Shown piece after piece: positions 25,641-36,543 of a DNA stretch of 64,000 nucleotides. Numbering within the stretch: the first letter of the stretch is position 1; each line of letters opens with the position of its first letter. The DNA is from Leidyana gryllorum EB-2025a (taxonomy: Eukaryota; Protista; Apicomplexa): positions 682,001-746,000 of the forward strand of contig JBLWGC010000230.1 in assembly GCA_048772705.1 (NCBI GenBank), given 5' to 3'. The position numbers were made by a program, and so were the translations under genes. The notes under the pieces are model-generated. The model saw nothing but the letters and a program-made list of their open reading frames with translations. It was not told the origin of the DNA and made no database searches.

Positions 25641-26255
25641 ATGGCTACCACGAACTCACCGAAACCGGCGCTCTACTACTTCAATGTGGCGGGAAGAGCC
25701 GAGGTTATCCGGTTGACCTTCAGATTGGGTGGTGTCGATTTCGATGACTGTCGAATCAACGTTTTCAGCTTCATCTGGACTCATAAATCTAAATCTCCCA
25801 CGGGTCGGGTGCCCTACCTGGTCGTGGACGGCAAGTTATATACGGAGTCGTGGGCTCAGTTGCAATATGCAGCCATAAAAGGTGGTTTAGCACCCACCGA
25901 TCCCTTAGAGCAGCTGAATGCTGAAATGCTGGCGCTTTATTCTGACAATTTTATGGTTGCCATTCATCCCCTGATCTTTCCTTCATTCAACAAGGCCAAA
26001 CTCGCAAAGATTGCCGCAGAACAAATGACTGAGTACCTCGGGAAGTGGGAGGCGATGATCAAAGAGTCCCTGAAAGACGGCTACGCAGTTGGAGGCAAGC
26101 TCACGATCGCCGACGTTGCTGTATACTATATATATGGCATGCTGTTGACTAAACCTCATGGTGTTGTGATCGAGAATATGGACAAGTACGAGGCATTAAA
26201 GACAATTCATGCGACAGTTGGCGCCCTGCCACAATTGCAAAACGTCAAGAAGTGA
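25641..26255 (+). CDS. glutathione S-transferase (sigma-like) 3
   Basis: LYYFNVAGRAEVIRL, PTGRVPYLVVDG, ES and GGKLTIADV. Confidence 0.92.
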   Translation: MATTNSPKPALYYFNVAGRAEVIRLTFRLGGVDFDDCRINVFSFIWTHKSKSPTGRVPYLVVDGKLYTESWAQLQYAAIKGGLAPTDPLEQLNAEMLALYSDNFMVAIHPLIFPSFNKAKLAKIAAEQMTEYLGKWEAMIKESLKDGYAVGGKLTIADVAVYYIYGMLLTKPHGVVIENMDKYEALKTIHATVGALPQLQNVKK

Positions 26256-26285
26256 GCCAACTTGAGGAGAAGCACGATCTGATGG

Positions 26286-26305
26286 AGACACACACGTGTG
26301 TGTCT
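26286..26305. promoter_or_regulatory. 20-bp perfect palindrome AGACACACACGTGTGTGTCT, candidate transcription-factor site
   Basis: Lies in the spacer upstream of GST4. Its core CACACGTGTG recurs at six other sites. The function is inferred. Confidence 0.45.
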
Positions 26306-26394
26306 ATCCGATTGCCAATTAGTCGATGTTAGAGGGACGTGTGTGCACTGCCCGCTGCGGCATTTTGCCTTTTTTTGGACCCTCGATGCTCAGT

Positions 26395-27161
26395 ATGAAA
26401 ATGTGCAAACTGGCGAACGAGTGCTGCCGAGTTGGGAAGGCCGACGCGAATGAAATCAGTGTGAACAAGCCGGTTCTGCATTATTTCGACCTCTTTGGGC
26501 GCGGCTCGCCAGCACGACTTGCATTCACTGTGGCGAAAGAGGCTTTCGTCGACAAGAGGCTCCAACTCGCTGAATGGCCCAAGATCAAGCACACTTACCT
26601 GACCGGCCAAGTCCCGGCTTTGGAGATTGGGGATGAGTTTTACTTTGAGTCGGTCCCCATATCCTACTATGCTGCACGCAACACTGACTTAATCCCTACT
26701 AATTCGACAGAGCGGCTGCAAGTGGAATCCCTGGTTAATTTTGTATCGAATGCCTGGAAGATCATCAGCAAAGTCTATCACGCCCGACCTGAAGAGAAGG
26801 AAAATGTGAGTTTTCGTAATATGGATGTGATCGAACACCGGTATCAGGTCATGGCATTGCTCGTCCAAAAAGAGATTCCTCACACTTTGGACCTAGCGAC
26901 TAAGTTGGTTGCCGCCAACGCACAGAGCCCTACTTGGGCCAGTGGAACCAAAATGAGCTTGGCCGACATCTGGATCTACTGCTGGATGCATCAGTTGCAG
27001 TTCAATATGTTCAGCATGACTGTACCAGAGCTGGAGAAGAGATGGCCGCGACTGTGGACGGTAAGTCTGATCTATATGAAATCAGATGTACTCTTGACCA
27101 GATCTACACCGCCGTTCTGGAGCACCCCAAGTTGAAAACGTATCTCAAAACCGAATGCTGA
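26395..27161 (+). CDS. glutathione S-transferase (sigma-like) 4, 3 exons
   Basis: LHYFDLFGRGSPARL, GQVPALEI, ES and KMSLADI. Introns 26806-26847 (42 nt, in frame) and 27061-27101. The start ATG is uncertain (26386/26395/26401). Confidence 0.85.
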
Positions 27162-27215
27162 GTGTTAGTGGTACTATTCCATCGTTAGTTGAGTCAGAAA
27201 AATTCCCCATTCTGT

Positions 27216-30200
27216 CTAATCTTTCACCGCCCAGATCGATTGGAAGGACTCTCCATTAAGTGCTTGCAGCATTCGTGACAAAGGTGTTTCCTCCACCTTC
27301 ACCTTCTTAAGCTCAATTCCCGCTTCCGCCATGGCAGCGGCCGCATCCTCGTCCTCGGAATCGTCTTCGGAGTCTTTCTTGCCCAGGAAGAGCTTGAACA
27401 AGGCTGGGCTGAAGCCTTGTAGGAGTGTTGTACCAGGAGTGCTGGCCGTCACAGGGAAGTTTTGGACTTCACCCTGAAGATTCCAATACACAAGCTCCGG
27501 CATCTCCACACCCGCCTCTTGGAACATTTTCGAAACCTTAGCGTGAGCAGTGACACTGAACCCGTCTAACGTCGTTGCCTCATCAAACTGCATATCACTA
27601 AAGATGATTATCCTCTTGGGGGCTTTCTTGTCATTGCTCAAAGCCATCGGCAGGATTACATCGGTAAAAGTCTTGATAATATTGGTATTGCCACCCCAAG
27701 GAATAGCCATCAGTTTCTGCAGCGCCTCATTGATAGGGAGATCCTTGGAGATCTTTACTAAGCTCGGAGTCTCGTGGAAAGTGATCACATGCTCCGCCCA
27801 GGGCCCAATTGCGGTCCGGCTCACTAGTAGCGAAAGCGCGACGCACGGCCATATCGGGGAGTCAACTTTAGACATCAGGCAACCCATACTACCAGAGACG
27901 TCGGAGACCACTATGGTATCAGACAAGGAGCCCTGGAGGGCAACGTGGTTCTCCATGTCGTCCCACCGTGCGATGGAAGTACCAGCCAGAGCAGTTACAA
28001 CGGTCTCTGGCTCCGGAACATTCTTCCATTTGTGGGTGTGGATAGGGTTGACCTTCCCGCCACAACTCTTGTAGATCTCGTTTAGTATAACGTGTGGCAG
28101 CAGCGTCTTTCCTTTGACCTTCTTTTTGCCTTCGAGGACTTCCTTGAGGTATCCAAGGTAGTGTGTGGTGTCTTTGTACAAGAAAGTGGCCTCGTGCTTC
28201 TTGTGGCAGATCGCGGGGACACTCGGGAAGTCGATTTTCTCAAATTGTTGAGTGCCAATCAAGCGTTCCACTAAGAGACCGCGGCTTCTTAGCTTGCTGA
28301 TTCGGGACGCGTAGAGATTTCGGCGGTGGGCAAGAATCTCAGATGTGTCCAAATGAGCAGTCTCGATGGAGTTGTCTTGGGTGAGCAAGTGAGCGATAGA
28401 GGAGGCTATGAAAGTCCGTCTGTCAAACCCGCTTTCCAGAGAAGGAGCCCACTTGGCTACCAAAGGTACGAGCTTGTTGTTGGAACCGTCGACGGGCGTA
28501 TTCTCAGCCTGTCGAATGTGTTCCGCAAAGATCCTTGCAACCGCTGTGTGCAAGGCCTGGTATTTTGGGTCGCTCAACAATTTCTGGCGCACTTCCTCAT
28601 CGAGACACGGGACGGGTTCATCGTCGCGCTGAGAGTCACGAGATTTTCGTTTCTTGCTGTCCCCCGGTTGCTTCGGGTTGAGCCACTTCCGCTCGGACAT
28701 AGCTGTCTTGAAACGCTGATCAGCAGTCATCTCGTGGGTGTAGCCAGTTAGGCGGAGGAGAATTGAGAGGAGGTCCTTGTAGTATCCATGAGTCGCTTTC
28801 CTTTCGACAACCTGTCCACCCGCCCCATAGCCCTTCACGGTACAAAGAGGAGCGACGAAGGCTTCGAGATTGGCGATCAATGTGCGGGGGTGATGCTCGT
28901 AGAGCCAATCAATCAGCTTATAAGCTTTCCAGCGATCACCCTTGCCCTCGTGGATCGAGCGAATGTAGAAGATCATACGAGTGAAGAGATCCGGGTCTTC
29001 GGTCCAGGCTTCGTTCAACTCGGCGTTCTCTACGTAAGTGTATCCCCCGAAGATGTCGAGAAGATGGGTCCCGGTTCCGTTGTAGGCCTTGCAGCCATTG
29101 GTGGTGAGTGCGTCGTCGGGCGTGTGGAGCGAGAATGAAGGGATGGGCTTGGATTGATGCGGTTCAGTCCCAGAGGTGGCTGGAGGAAGGTATAAGTCGA
29201 GGAAGTTCGGCTTGTCGAGATGTTCGAGAACGACGAAATCTTGAACAGCTTTGTCTTGCTGATGTTTGAGTATGTTCGCTTTGCAATGGGCATGAAGTGT
29301 GGTAATAGATTTGAGTATCTTTTCCCTCTCCTGGCCTTTGAGTGTGGCTTTGAGATATTCGAGCACAGGTGCTGTCGCATTTGGGTCAGTGAGCAGTGGA
29401 CGCAGGAGATCCCGAAGCTTTAGATGCGCCAGATCTAATTCGGCAGCCTTTCGCGCCTGGTGAAAGTCGTTCTCATCGTACTCCTGCGCCTTCTTCGCGG
29501 GTTTACCGTAACCATAAGAATGTCGAGCTTTCTTCCGGGATGGCTTGCGGCTACACCACGCGGCACAAATTTCCGCTTCGGAACGTTGGTCGCATAACAA
29601 TGTCTTGTGTGCCGTGGACCCGCAAGCCGCACAAAGGAAGTCAGCTGTCCCGAAAGCACATGAAGAACCCCGATGGAAGACAAAGCATTTCGCACAGGGA
29701 ACTGGTAATGAACCTTCTAGTTTGATGTGGGAGAAGGACCCCAAACACCTTATCAAAAACGCATAGTCAATCTCATCACAACCTTTCTTCAATTCGCTGA
29801 GCAGCGCGAAGAGCACTCGAGTTTGTGCAAGCCTGATAACATGATGAAGTTGACGGAGCGGTACAACGAGGGCTGCTACATGAGCAGTTGCACAGTTGCG
29901 TGTTCGTGTCTCCCAGCAGAGGGCACACACGTGTGTGAGGCAGTCACAGGGGGTCTAATTGCAATGCGACGGGCAATCGGGGAAGCGACGGTAAGTCGGA
30001 ATGGGTGTTTGAGGAGAGTAGCTTACGTGTAATAGTGACAGTTCAGAACGAGTTTAACGATTCGTGGCACAACGCGGGTTTTTATAACCTTGAGGACATC
30101 TTCATCAAGGGGAGGGAGGTTCTGAGTTAGATCGTCAAAAGTTTCGAGCAGATTGAATTTGAGGGTATCTCTCCTGTCTGATAGTAGAGCTTCTACAACA

Positions 30201-30439
30201 AGGATCGGGATCCACCGATCGAGGGGTACTCCGATAGCATCGTTGGCGGACTTGAGTAGGTTTATACTTTGAGCGAAGTTCTTGCAAGGGTGAGCGAGAA
30301 CAACGACAGCAGTGTGATCAGCTGCGGCTGGGTACACGAAACCTCGAGTGGCTGATAGAAAAGTGTCAGTCTGATCGGGTTGCACAAAAGAGAATTGGAA
30401 TTGGCCTGATGGGCCGAGTAAAATTGATGAAACCGTCAT
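27216..30439 (-). CDS. DUF2828 (TROVE-like + vWA) protein with CCHC zinc knuckle
   Basis: RSIHEGKGDR, GYYKDLL, AKWAPS, VSDVSGSM (MIDAS), ITFHETP, WGGNTN, IIIFSDMQFD and LVYWNL. ORF 30023-30439 ends at a gtaagc donor and is probably exon 1; the acceptor is unresolved. Confidence 0.8.
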
Positions 30440-30491
30440 CGATGGACCTAATTTTCCCTCTGACTAAACCCTTTTTTCTTCGCAGTCAGGA

Positions 30492-32521
30492 CTAAACGAC
30501 TTCATATTCAACGTTCAACGGTCTCTCAATGCTGTAGCCGTAGCTGACGTGGACTTTGGAGACGGGATCCAACTTGACGAGCGCAATGCAATTGGTTGTG
30601 GTGGTGTTCTGCAGCCAGGTGACTGATCCACGAATGTCATCCGGGTTGACGTTGGTGCCGGCATTGATGTCGCGGTCCAGAGTGACCTCTTTGGGCTCTG
30701 CGGAGATAAGATCGATAGAGACGCTGCAGAGGTTTAAGCTTACTGATTCCTTCCAAAGTGACCTTGAATCGCTCGTCCGTGGAGGTGGGCAATCTCATGG
30801 GCATCACCATGACGATCTGCTCCTTGCGACTGTTGGTGACCATCATGTTGTATTTGGAGGTGATCCTTTCGCCCTGGCCAGTGAGTACAGTTCCCGTCTG
30901 TTTGGTGAGTTTCCTGACGGGTTGAGCGTCCACTCGAACTCGCTGATCGACACCAAAGAAGATCTCAAAAGTGTCGCCCGGGACGACATCTGGGATTGAA
31001 GTCCGCGAAGTGAAAGATCCGTCCCAGAAGACTCCCACATTATGGGCGGCCATCAGAGTGAAATCGGTGGTGTTGATTAGCAGACCCCCGCGGAAGACGT
31101 CCTTTGAGGTCTCGGGAGTGCAGAAGAGAGTGGTCTGCACGGCCAAAACTCCTTTGAAGATCTCTAACCGGGTCTCCTCGTGATCCTTTATAGTGACGGT
31201 CCCAGGCATCTCAAAGCTACTCTGTCTGTACCGGAGAAGAGAGAGATGAAAACAACACCGCCTGAGTCCCCAGACTTACAGTCGTCCAGCGGGTGGAGGG
31301 GCGAAGCCGCCGCTCAGTGGGGCAGCCATGCAGGTCATCATGACCGGCGTCGACGAGGCACCGAAAAGTCCGGCCTGGTTGGAACAAGCGACGGCCTTCT
31401 CTTTGCTTTGCTCTGAGGCTTTGAGGACGGGCAATTCTGAGGGCCGCCCGGAATCTGAGAGAGCGAAAGAGAGTTTCTCAGTCTTAACATCGGACGACTC
31501 ACTGTGAGGGTTCCCGGAGTGCAGGGTGAGATGGACGTTCTCCCACGACTCTCCACTGTTCTGCTTGATGCATCCAAAATAAGTCAGATTGACGCGGCTC
31601 AGATCTTTAGACTCGAGACGCAAATCGTAGTCCGGATTCCAACTGCAGCAGTACGTCAGATAACTCAGTGTGACGGTGGTAGGCTCCGGCTTGGTGATCT
31701 CCACATGAAGGTCAACCCAGGGTTTGGTCTTGCGGGGAGCCGCTTGGCGCATGATGTCGGTAACGTCTCCAAGCAACGCAGCGGTTTGGCGACTCTGCGA
31801 TAATTCGAAGAGAGATCATTGTGGTTAGAGCGGAAGCAAAATAGAGCAGAAAGCCTCTTCGCTTCCAGCAAGCACACACCCACACACCCACACCCACACC
31901 CACACACACTCGCAGCGAGGGACTCACCATATCGTCGTTTATGTGGAAATGGGTAATTCGGTTGAGTTTCTTCAGGAGGATTATAATCTCCTGATTTGCT
32001 TCCTCGAGTTCGATGCTTTTCTCCAGCAGTTCTTTTTTGATCTCCGGAATCTTCTTGAGGATCATCTCGTTACTCTCTTTGACGGCATTCAGCAAGCTGT
32101 CGGACCTGAACTCTTCTTCTAATGGGAAATTCTTAGGCTTCAACAAGGAGTCCAGGAACTCTTCAGACATCGTCTGCTCCAATTTGCACGACGCAATCAC
32201 AGCCTCACAGGCGGCTCGCTTTTGCAGGAGGGCAATCAACTGCTCATTTATGACCTTTGTCTCTGGATCACTCTCGATCAGCTCGTTCTCGCTGATCGGT
32301 GTCTCGCCTTGGCGTAACTGCTGCAAGACCACATCATTAGTGAACTCCACTCGTAAGGTTTGCCAGTTCCCTTGAGCTCTGTCAGGTAAGTTCACTCGCA
32401 CACGGTACTCTCCTGGACCTTCAGTCGGGGTGAAAACCGCACTTCTTCGCAACTCGGCCTCGTGCCGGTACACTCCCACCCACACAATGGGGATTTCGTC
32501 AATTTCAATCGATGACACCAT
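30492..32521 (-). CDS. DUF4140/DUF4139 (MuiA / F37C4.5-like) protein, multi-exon
   Basis: N-terminal VGVYRHEAELRR, a coiled coil, then LSYLTYCCSWNPDYDLR and IKQNSGESWENVHLTLHSG. Intron 31927-31795 was checked for frame. The last exon ends TAG at 30492. Confidence 0.8.
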
Positions 32522-32539
32522 ATCGCAAAAATCAAAACA

Positions 32540-34366
32540 CTAACTTTCGTCTGCTCGCGGTGACCCGCCCAAGTCACTGCAAATCCCCCTACGACACACA
32601 TTTTTGAAGCTCCCCTGCCGCCCATAACATACTCAGCTAAACCGATGAGAGGATTGGGGATAACCCCCGACACATTGTCGTCGATGTCCTGCCGGTGCTG
32701 GTCCGCAGGCGGCGATCCCCCACCGGCGGAACGGGACACTCTGGCCGCCGGAGACTGATTGATCGTCGAGGTGGCCCGCCGAATTGCCTCAGACACAGCG
32801 GTTCGCTGCTTTTGAGGAACCACAGGGGCCGATGAAGTCGGTGCCCTCGGCGGCTCTGATGTTGCAGTGTTAGACGAAAGCATTTCAGGGGGCGCCGGCC
32901 CACCGAACCCTCTGAGAACAGGCCCAGCGACAATATCAAGTTCGTTGTGCCTCCGGCTGGTATCCCGTGCTGGTCGTCGTAGCCGATCTTCAATCTCCTG
33001 ACCTGCACGCCCGGACCGTATGTCTCGGCTGCTGCTGATGGGACGATGTGATCGACTCCCACTCCGATGTAAAGCGCGGCCCGAAGGTGCCGCGGGGGCG
33101 GGAATTGAGTACACAGCAGTGGGAGCCCCACCGGCTGGGTATACTGGATAGTCCACCAGTCCTCCAGTCGGCGCCGCCTGATTCAGAGTCACTTTTACGT
33201 AGTTTGCTGCCGTTCCACCAGCCCCACACGTTCGCTGCTTGACCTGACATGTCTCTGGTTGCAGAACACCCGCTCCGAGCAACTCCTGGCGGAGCCCAAG
33301 ACCTGTTGGCTCGCGCACGAGTGCCATGCGTTTCAGACGTGCCGGTGGAGGCACCACCAAGTCGGGAGCGCCAGTATCACTCGACGTATTAAAAGAGGAG
33401 CTCTCGGGCAAGTTGAGCTCTGCCCGAACCTGCTCATCGCGTACTGGAAATACAGCATCGTTGTCACACCGAGACAGCACACACGTGTGTTGGGGGCGGC
33501 CGAGCTACTCACTTTTAGACTCAAGCGCTTGCTTTGCGCTCAGCAAGAGTTGATTCTCTTTCTGCTTATCCTTCTGATGTCAGACAGCCTGCGGATATAG
33601 TGGTCTGAGCCAGTGGCTTACCAAATTGTTCTCGAGGGTATGCAAGCTCTTCTTGAGTTGTCGTATCTCTTTGGTCAGATGGGACATAGTCAGATTGTCA
33701 GCACTGCGATGCCTCGGGGCGGGTTCTTTGTCACCCGCCTCGGATATGACCCGTCCCGAGCTGCCAATTCGGTCGCGGGCGGACCAGCGCTGATGTCGGG
33801 GACTTGGTATCAGATAGGAATCTGGTTGGACGAGTTCGTGCGGAGTGGCGAGACGTGCCCCTTCATCAAACTTGCGGGCCTCTCGATTCAGATCCTGCCT
33901 GCAGGGAGATTGAGTGGCAGGCCGCGGACATTGACGTACAGAGTAGCCGCCAGTTCCAGTTCCTTTTCTCTCCACAGGAGTCTCCACCGTTGTTGCTCTT
34001 CCGCAAGGGCCTCTCTTTGTGATGTTGCGCATGGAGGAGTGGTGACTCACTTTGCCTCACCGGTCTCGCTGTAGTTGTTCACGTTCGGCTTGTGTTTGTT
34101 CTTGTTCTAAACGGAGGCGCTCTTGTCGTTCCTGCAGAGCGTCTTCCTGGGCTCCCATCCATTCTGACCAGCGGAGTTGATCCTCTTGGAGTGCCTGTTC
34201 TTGGCGCTTAACCTGTTCCCAGCGGAGCGCAATGGCCTCAAACAACTAACTGGGTGGGTATGAATCAAGAGGGCGACCCTACTTGTATTTGTTCGTCATC
34301 GAGGTCGACCGGGGAGGGGGGGTGGGGAGGGCTGCTCGGTATCGAGCGGAATTCGGCACCTGACAT
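32540..34366 (-). CDS. hypothetical protein with coiled coils and low-complexity regions, multi-exon
   Basis: Successive minus-strand ORFs (34265-34366, 34057-34245, 33580-34050, 32630-33480) are bounded by GT/AG sites, and there is a Q/E-rich coiled coil. Exon ends are approximate. Confidence 0.55.
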
Positions 34367-34381
34367 AAAGAAATTGCTCAA

Positions 34382-35250
34382 ATGCGACCGACTCCAATTG
34401 ACCGTTCGCCGAGCCCCCGGGCACCTAAACGAATCAAACTGAGTTCCGATCCCGATCTGCGAGTGGACGATGGAGATTTGGACGACTCGGAGATTGCCGC
34501 TGAAGACTACTGGGAGCCGGCGAACGATGCAGAGGACCTGCAGCAACCAGAAGAGGACGTGGAGGTAGCGAGGAGTAGCGCCGAGATTGATCCGGCTGCC
34601 GCTGCCCCCAAGGCGGATTATATCCCTTACAGTCGTCTGCGAGCCTTTCTGAATAGTGCTCTTCCGAAGACCAAAGTGAGTGATTTGACGAATGTGAGGC
34701 TCAGATACTCATCAAACTATGAAAGTGGACAAAAGATGCTGTACTGGAGATCGCTAAAGTTGCGGTAAGATCGATCACACATACTTTTGAGCTCGTCCCG
34801 CTGCAGACTTGGTGGACGGAAGAACTCGTGGCGCAGTTGGCACAGGAGGAAATGTGGAATGTGGGCGACCCGCGATTGAACGCCGTCGGCGAGAATCGCC
34901 GATCGGTTCGCCTCACGCGAGAGTCCGCCCGTAAGTGTGTGTGTGCACGGGTGTGTGACCACCGATATGTCAGTCAAATTCCTAAGGGGAGCCGAGAATC
35001 AGCACCCGTGGTGTATTGCAGCGAGTGAGTATTGGATCGCATGTGCAGTGCGACGAACCGAGCAGGTCAGGAGGAAGGGTGGTTCGGTCGGCGATGGGAT
35101 GTGGAAGGGGAGTTGGATGGGGATATTGATGAGCGGCCGGCACCTAAAGAGAAGAACCGTGGGACTCAGAAAGGGGGTCGAAGGGTTGTTGCAGATCCCA
35201 ATCAGGCCAAGTTGACAACGTTTTTTCAACAGGTTCGCCCTGGTGTATAG
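34382..35250 (+). CDS. histone-fold protein (POLE4/CHRAC1/NF-YC-like), 5 exons
   Basis: The spliced core YIPYSRLRAFLNSALPKTK|WTKDAVLEIAKVA|TWWTEELVAQLA...RRSVRL fits an H2A-like histone fold. An NLS-like PKRIK and C-terminal QAKLTTFF are also present. Confidence 0.6.
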
Positions 35251-35268
35251 ATAGATTTTTGTGTCGGA

Positions 35269-36543
35269 ATGAAGGAGACCTTCCAGATCGGGGGTTTGAG
35301 CGGTTTGAGATTGATTTTGGCCTGGACGATACTGCAATTCCACATATACAAACCTTTGCTTAACGGTGTTAGGCATTTGGATATCTATCGAGCCCGCGTG
35401 GTCGTGAGCACCTTCTTCCTAATCTCGGGATTCACTAATACCCCCTCGTTCTGGCGGACATATGAGCGCAATGGGGGACGGATATTGGGGAGCTGCAGGG
35501 ACTTTTATCTCCGACGGGTACTACCGAGTGTGCTTTTCATACTCTTGATTCACCCGTGGTGTGTGCTCCTTCAATATCGAGCTCACCAATACAAGCCAAA
35601 GGTGTATGTGGCCCCTGAGCCCTTTTACAAAGTGAATCCTATTACGTATACGTGGCTGCAATTGCCAGGGCGACCGATGGTAAATCGGTATGCGGCCAAT
35701 GACCCTATTTGGTTCATGTCTGTTCTCATCCTATTCTACCTGTTATCGCCGCCGGTGTGGCTTATGATGATCAAATGGAAACGCCTTAGCTTTGGGTTAG
35801 CTTTGGCGAGTATCGGCCTGAATTATGGTCTCTGGTACAGCCTGAGCTTCAGGGAAGCGCCTGCCGAAGTAATGGTGGAGCCCTCCTTGTTGATGTCTCC
35901 GCTGCTGAATATGGGACACTATCTGATGGGGGTGGCCTTTGCGGGCGTTCGAATGCATCAAATTGACAATTCAGAAATCGCTGACGACAGGTCTGCAGTC
36001 AAAAGCCGCAGCAGCAGCAGCAGCAGCGACTCGGAATCTCCGTCGTCAACTTGCAGAATGTTCAAGTGTGTTTGGACACACGCGCGTGTGGCGGCTCTTT
36101 TGATCGACATGGCTATTGTGGCGATGATTTACGCGCTCGTCCGCCCGTTATTCGAATCATTACCGCTCCAGGAGCCAAAGGTCGACGGACAGTTCCGGTG
36201 GACGCTTCCAATTTCGTTGATTCTTTATCTATGGTCGTACCCGAATCTCTGTCGAGGGTTCATTTGTCGAGCCTTGTCAGCCAGAATGTTTGATAATTTA
36301 GCTAAGAATGGACTTCACGCTGTCACATATATGACACATGATGTCATCATCCAGAAGCTGTTTGGTTCCTTTGCGTCATTCCGCTTTTTGGTCGCGCGAG
36401 CCCCGGTGCTCCTGTTCATCACGACATTCTTCTTCTCGTCTGCTATCACAGGTTTCGTTTACTCTCCAATTCAGAGGTTATGCGGTCGCATTGCCAAAAA
36501 AGTTCAACAAAACGGAATGGATGTTGTTGCGCGAAGTCCTTAG
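35269..36543 (+). CDS. acyltransferase-3 family (OafA/YrhL-like) membrane O-acyltransferase
   Basis: LSGLRLILAWTILQFH, FFLISGF, FYLRR and NDPIWFMSVLILFYLLSP, with multiple TM helices. Intronless. Confidence 0.82.
   Translation: MKETFQIGGLSGLRLILAWTILQFHIYKPLLNGVRHLDIYRARVVVSTFFLISGFTNTPSFWRTYERNGGRILGSCRDFYLRRVLPSVLFILLIHPWCVLLQYRAHQYKPKVYVAPEPFYKVNPITYTWLQLPGRPMVNRYAANDPIWFMSVLILFYLLSPPVWLMMIKWKRLSFGLALASIGLNYGLWYSLSFREAPAEVMVEPSLLMSPLLNMGHYLMGVAFAGVRMHQIDNSEIADDRSAVKSRSSSSSSDSESPSSTCRMFKCVWTHARVAALLIDMAIVAMIYALVRPLFESLPLQEPKVDGQFRWTLPISLILYLWSYPNLCRGFICRALSARMFDNLAKNGLHAVTYMTHDVIIQKLFGSFASFRFLVARAPVLLFITTFFFSSAITGFVYSPIQRLCGRIAKKVQQNGMDVVARSP

Noticed and set aside
16963-30439. TUTase plus Ro-like DUF2828 as a clustered RNA quality-control system
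   Set aside because: They are ~7 kb apart, on opposite strands and separated by unrelated genes; proximity alone is not evidence.
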